Assembly (NCBI GenBank): GCA_963835905.1
Contig: CAWIHG010000005.1
Span: 1,396,018 to 1,460,017 of the forward strand
Source: an uncultured delta proteobacterium
GTDB lineage: Bacteria > Desulfobacterota > Binatia > Binatales > Binataceae
Length of the DNA stretch: 64,000 nt
Direction: 5' to 3'
Shown piece by piece: positions 59,920 to 64,000 of the stretch. The notes beneath the pieces are model-generated. The model was not told the origin of the DNA and ran no database searches. It worked only from the letters and a program-made list of their open reading frames with translations. Every line of letters begins with the position of its first letter. Within the stretch, counting starts at the first letter, position 1. The position numbers were made by a program, and so were the translations under genes.

Positions 59920-61267
59920 TCAGGCGGTGGCGTCATTTTCGCGGCCGGTGAACTGATATGGATTGGTGCTCGATGCGCGCGACGCCGTCGTGTTCCCGAA
60001 CGGTTCGTAGGTGTATGAAGTCTGAATTGCTCCTGCGGAATCCGCGAGCGCCAGCGTGCTTCCGAGCGTATCGGTCAGGAAGTCGCGACTGCCGGCGGAG
60101 TCGGTCCTCTGAAAGTACTCGTCGATGTTCAGCCCGGTGAGTAGATTTGCCGACGGGCTCCCGGACTGGATTTCCTGCACTGGATTCAGGCCGTCATACA
60201 GGAACTGGGTCGTGGTTCCTGCAATAGTTTTGCTGACCCGCCGGCCGAGCGCGTCGTACCCGAAGCTGGCCGTCACCGCACCGCTGATCCCAACCAAATG
60301 ATTGCGCGCATCCCAGCTATAGGTGTTGCTGCCATCGTTGGTCAGGTTTCCATTCGCATCATAGGTCATCACGGTCCCGTTGAACGAAGTCATCTCGTTG
60401 TCCGCGTTGAACGTGTTCCCCGTCACCGCTTGCGGCAGATTCGTCTCCGCCATGCTGCCCGTCTTCTCGATGACGCGCCCGTCGGCATCATAGCTGTATT
60501 CCAGGTCGCCGATCTGGTTGCCCGCCAGCGTCCAGGTCATCCCGCTCACCCGCGAGTCGGCGTTCCTTTGGCGCAGAGGGCCCCTCTCGCTGCCCCTTCG
60601 CTTTCGCTCAGGGCTGCGGCTCCAATCGGGCGCCGAAGCGGCGGCTCAGGACAGGCTCCACTATATGTCACCACTATCCCATTGGGCAGCGTGAGCTGCG
60701 TCCTTCGATTGGCGTTGTCATATTGGAACGCAACCGAGCCGGTTCCCTGCGTAACTCCTGTCAATCGGTTCGCATTGTCCCACGTGTACGAGACCTGCGT
60801 CTGCCCCGCCACCGTCAGCGTCGCCCGCCGGTTCGCGTTGTCGTAGCTGTAGCTCACCTCGCCCAGCGGGGTCTGCTCGTCGGTCAAACGATCGAGACCG
60901 TCATAGGTCCGCGCGATCGTCCCGGCGATCGAGTCCGTCGCTCCGGTGAGGCGATTTCCGCCGTCCCACGTATAGCTGATTGAGCTCTGATATCCGCTGC
61001 CGTTGTAGCCATAGCCCGCGAAGGTGCGGCGGTTGAGGCCATCGTAGCTGTATTTCGTGATGTTTCCATCGCGATCGGTGTGCTGGGTCAGGTTTCCGTT
61101 ACCGTCATAGGAATAGTTCTCGACTGCATTCAGCGCGTCTGTGCGCGAACTCCGGCGGTCCATGTTGTCGTACGTGTACCTGGTCTGGTTCGCGTTGGCG
61201 TCGGTGACTGAAGTGAGGTCGCCGCCGGTATAGCTGAAGTGGACCGTAGCGCCCGCCGCGTTGTTGA
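59920..61267 (-). pseudogene. rhs-family YD-repeat protein, internal fragment (no start, C-terminus truncated, internal frame break)
   Basis: YD repeats: YSYDGNGNLTQHTDRDGNITKYSYDGLNRRT, YTWDNANRLTGV, FQYDNANRRTQLTLPNGIVVTY. A frame break near 60550-60662 is followed by EYSYDADGRVIEKTG...YDANGNLTNDG...YDALGRRVSKT...YEPFGNTTASRASSTNPYQFTGRENDATA, then a stop exactly where RHS cores continue (GLYY.RARYY). There is an upstream in-frame stop at 61268-61270 and no Met. Confidence 0.65.
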
Positions 61268-61322
61268 GTTAGGCGACCTGACCCTCGGAATCTTGGTCTA
61301 AGATTGCAAAGCGCTAGCGGTT

Positions 61323-61340
61323 ACACGTTGTTAACAACGT
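61323..61340. promoter_or_regulatory. Perfect 18-bp palindrome CACGTTGTTAACAACGTG
   Basis: Seen in sequence in the 480-bp non-coding stretch between the rhs fragment and the tRNA-like element. Candidate binding site for a dimeric protein (repressor or recombinase). Confidence 0.4.
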
Positions 61341-61625
61341 GCCATTGATGTGGAAGCGCCTCACGAGGCCTTGTGGTGTTGGACGAAACCCTCCGCAGCC
61401 GATAGTCCCGCCCGGCCAAGAATCTTGCACGGAATCTCGATGAGACTATGCGCGGGGTTCGCCTGAGGGTGGGGACTTTTGTGGTGACCCTCGATCGATT
61501 TCCGTATGATTCGGTATCGCTCGTGAGCTCGACGCGAGAGTTTGAAGACCCTTGGCGCCGTTGGGTTTGATGCATATCGAGGGTCACGGGGTCACGGAAT
61601 GATACCTGCGAAAACCGCCCTGCTA

Positions 61626-61673
61626 TGCTGGAAGTGCGTGTGGTCGCCGGTTCAAATCCGGCCGCCCCGACCA
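61626..61673 (+). repeat. tRNA 3'-end-like element (T-arm + acceptor 3' strand + CCA), copy 1
   Basis: gccgg-TTCAAAT-ccggc T-arm, followed by cgccccg-a-CCA. The upstream sequence does not fold into D or anticodon arms and no complementary 5' acceptor strand is present, so this is not a complete tRNA. Confidence 0.5.
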
Positions 61674-61749
61674 ATCGAATTGCCGAACCCGCGACTCCGA
61701 AGCTATCTTCGTTAGTCCCAACGACTGAAACGTCGAGGAGATTTGCGCC

Positions 61750-62625
61750 ATGAGCGTTCACCGAGAGGATTTCAGCTTCCTGAGTCCGGACGGGATTACA
61801 ATCGCGTGCTACCGATGGCCCGCCGCGGGACGCGCGACCGGCGCCGTGCAGATCGCGCACGGACTCGGCGAGCATTCGCTGCGCTACGCGCGCGCGGCGG
61901 AGTTCCTCAATCGCGCGGGCTACGTGGTGTACGCCAACGACCATCGCGGGCACGGCCGCTCGGCGCCGAACCGCGAATCGCTCGGAGATTTCGGCGCGCG
62001 CGGATGGGACGGGCTGGTCGAGGACATGGCGCGGCTGACCGGGATCATCCGCGAGCGCGAGGGCGCGATTCCGATCGTCCTATTCGGCCACAGCATGGGA
62101 TCGTTCGCCGCCCAGCAGTATCTGCTCGATCACAGCGCGCTCATCGCGGCCGCCGTGCTGTCGGGATCGGCGGCGGTCGATTTCCTGGTCCGCCCGCGCG
62201 GGGACGCACCGCAGGGGCTCGAGACCATGAACCGCGATCTACCCAATCCGCGCACACCGTTTGATTGGCTGAGCCGCGATCCCGACGAGGTCGACAAGTA
62301 CATCGCGGACCCGCTATGCGGCTTCAACATGTCCGAGCGCGCGCGCGAATCGTCGGCGGTGTCGCTTGCGCGCGCAATCGATCCGGCGCAACTCTCGCGC
62401 ATCCGCAAGGACCTGCCGATTTACATCTTCGCGGGCGACGCCGATCCGCTGAACAACCATCTCGAGCATCTGCGCCCGGTCGCCGAGCGTTACCGCGCCG
62501 CGGGAGTCCGCGACGTGACCGAGCGCTACTACTTGGGCGGACGGCACGAGATGCTCAACGAGACCAATCGCGACGAGGTGCTCGCCGATTTGCTCGCATG
62601 GATCCGCCGCGCGCTGACGCCGTGA
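61750..62625 (+). CDS. Alpha/beta hydrolase (lysophospholipase / monoglyceride-lipase-like)
   Basis: HGLGEHSLRY..., nucleophile elbow GHSMGS, and a C-terminal catalytic His region. Confidence 0.8.
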   Translation: MSVHREDFSFLSPDGITIACYRWPAAGRATGAVQIAHGLGEHSLRYARAAEFLNRAGYVVYANDHRGHGRSAPNRESLGDFGARGWDGLVEDMARLTGIIREREGAIPIVLFGHSMGSFAAQQYLLDHSALIAAAVLSGSAAVDFLVRPRGDAPQGLETMNRDLPNPRTPFDWLSRDPDEVDKYIADPLCGFNMSERARESSAVSLARAIDPAQLSRIRKDLPIYIFAGDADPLNNHLEHLRPVAERYRAAGVRDVTERYYLGGRHEMLNETNRDEVLADLLAWIRRALTP

Positions 62626-62790
62626 GCGGATCTCTGAACTGTGCCCAATTTGGTACCCACCGTTGATTACAATCGGTATCCCTGATGAGCTAGCGACCAA
62701 CTTCCTCAAGTGCGCGGAAGGCTAGGGAGACAGGCGCTTGATTGCTGCCGGCTGACGGAAGCTGGTACCGGCTTTTTGCCGCAGTTTATG

Positions 62791-62837
62791 CTTCGGGTGC
62801 GTGTGGTCTCCGGTTAAAATTCGGCCACTCCGACCAA
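62791..62837 (+). repeat. Degenerate second copy of the tRNA 3'-end-like element (direct repeat of 61626..61673)
   Basis: cttcgggtgcgtgtggtctccggttaaaattcggccactccgacca is ~80% identical to copy 1 (tgctggaagtgcgtgtggtcgccggttcaaatccggccgccccgacca). Together they bracket the alpha/beta hydrolase gene. Confidence 0.45.
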
Positions 62838-63032
62838 ATCTGAATCTCCCCCGATAGCTCACGCCCGCCGACGCCGCGACCGCTGATCGCAATCATAGCT
62901 GCGATTCAATCTGGTTCCGGGAAGATGACAAGCTGACTGCGTAAATTTACGCATCGAGCGTTCAGTAGATTCACGAATTGACGGCCGACTACCGATTTGA
63001 ATGAATCTTTAAGATTGAGCGGTCTTGGAGAA

Positions 63033-64000
63033 ATGGCAATGACACAGTTCGGGCGTGTCCGTGAATTCGCTTTTATCCTTGGTCTGAGTGTTCTCTGCGT
63101 CGCGCTCCCACGCGCGATTGCCGGCGAAACGCCGGGCAATGCGCGCAATCCAGCGCAGGCAAACTATTCTTTCGCAAAGCTGCCGCTCGCGTTCGAACCA
63201 AACCTGGGACAAGCGCCGCAGCCGGTCAAATTTATCTCACGAGCCCGCGGTGGAACCCTGTTTCTGACTTCGACCGGCGCGACCTTCGCAGTGACCCGGC
63301 GCCACATCCCCAACGTCAACGCGACCATTTCCGGCGTGAGTGCGAACGCCGGGGCGGGAACTCCAGTTGCGCGGCCTGTGGTGGAGAGCCACGCGATGCG
63401 GATCAGCTTTTCCGGCGCAAATCGAAACGCGGCCAGCGAAGGCCTCGACCGGCTTCCGGGCGTCACCAATTACTTTGTGGGAAAAGAACCCGGCAAATGG
63501 CACACCGGAATTCCGAACTATGCCCGGGCGCGCTTCCATCGGATTTACCGCGGGATCGATCTGGTGTTTTACGGGACTGGCAACGGATTCGAATACGACT
63601 TCGTGGTCGCTCCCGGTGCGCATCCAGGCGACATTTGCTTGCGCCTCGAGGGCACGGACAAGGCCGAGTTAAACCGCAATGGCGATCTGATCATCAGCTT
63701 CGGGGGTGAGCGTCTGTCGCTCCGCAAGCCCGTCCTATACCAGCAAGTGAATCACCACCGAAGGGATATCCGAGGTGCGTTCGTAAAGGTTGCCAAATCG
63801 ACTTACAGAATCCGGGTAGGGAAATACGATCGAAAGGTTCCGCTGGTGATCGATCCTGCGCTGGTATGGGCTTCATATGTGGGTGGCGACTTTCTCGACG
63901 TTCCGTACCGCGTCGCCAACGACGCATCGAGTAATCCCTATTTTACCGGACTGACCTGCTCCTCGAATTTCCCGGAACCAACCATCGGGTCGGCGATGGG
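63033..64000 (+). CDS. SBBP/beta-propeller-repeat secreted protein (5' part; continues beyond window)
   Basis: RBS ggag precedes ATG. Signal peptide, then the YSFAKLPLAFEPNLGQAPQPVKFISRARGGTLFLTSTGATFAV start typical of this family in Acidobacteria and delta-proteobacteria. No stop before the window end. Confidence 0.55.
   Translation, partial: MAMTQFGRVREFAFILGLSVLCVALPRAIAGETPGNARNPAQANYSFAKLPLAFEPNLGQAPQPVKFISRARGGTLFLTSTGATFAVTRRHIPNVNATISGVSANAGAGTPVARPVVESHAMRISFSGANRNAASEGLDRLPGVTNYFVGKEPGKWHTGIPNYARARFHRIYRGIDLVFYGTGNGFEYDFVVAPGAHPGDICLRLEGTDKAELNRNGDLIISFGGERLSLRKPVLYQQVNHHRRDIRGAFVKVAKSTYRIRVGKYDRKVPLVIDPALVWASYVGGDFLDVPYRVANDASSNPYFTGLTCSSNFPEPTIGSAM

Noticed and set aside
61270-61673. 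tmRNA (ssrA) ending at the CCA at 61671-61673
   Set aside because: No 5' acceptor strand (cggggcg or a wobble variant) at a plausible distance. No GGxTTCGAC-type D-analog and no ANDxxxALAA-like tag reading frame. The only GGGG runs are too close to give a ~350-nt tmRNA. Rfam was not run.
61587-61673. A complete class-I or class-II tRNA including copy 1
   Set aside because: With the T-arm fixed, positions 1-7 (or an 87-nt variant from 61587) do not pair with the acceptor 3' strand. The D-arm lacks GG. The anticodon loop lacks U33. Only the 3' half is tRNA-like.

Overview
High-GC (~65-70%) chromosomal window from a Gram-negative bacterium (TolB-like, BamD-like and Tad pseudopilin genes; likely a soil delta-proteobacterium or acidobacterium, not resolvable from sequence alone). 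Most of the window is core genome: proB(3' end)-proA-nadD-rsfS, efp, trmB, a long minus-strand lipid/CoA operon (YgfZ-like folate-binding protein, amidohydrolase, two enoyl-CoA hydratases, acyl-CoA synthetase) carrying two unannotated desulforedoxin-like mini-genes, an ALDH/DHDPS-like/HpaB-like catabolic block, a sphingosine-1-phosphate-lyase-like PLP enzyme cluster, and a thiolase/LLM/NMO/2xACAD block in which the thiolase is broken by five frameshifts. Two accessory regions stand out. (i) A lower-GC island at ~15.0-21.2 kb carries three decayed orphan rhs C-terminal tips with distinct small toxin domains, two immunity candidates (a CPBP family protein and a multi-TM protein), an FHA-domain membrane-anchored protein and a 346-aa unknown protein, with no full-length rhs gene beside it. 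(ii) At 54-64 kb there is an internal rhs YD-repeat fragment truncated by an IS3 remnant, another transposase fragment, tRNA-3'-end-like direct repeats flanking an alpha/beta hydrolase, an 18-bp perfect palindrome and a cluster of CAGGGAA/TTCCCTG motifs upstream of an orphan tadE/tadF/tadG-like trio. No rRNA, intact tRNA or CRISPR array was found. Many listed ORFs are antisense shadow ORFs typical of high-GC DNA and were ignored.
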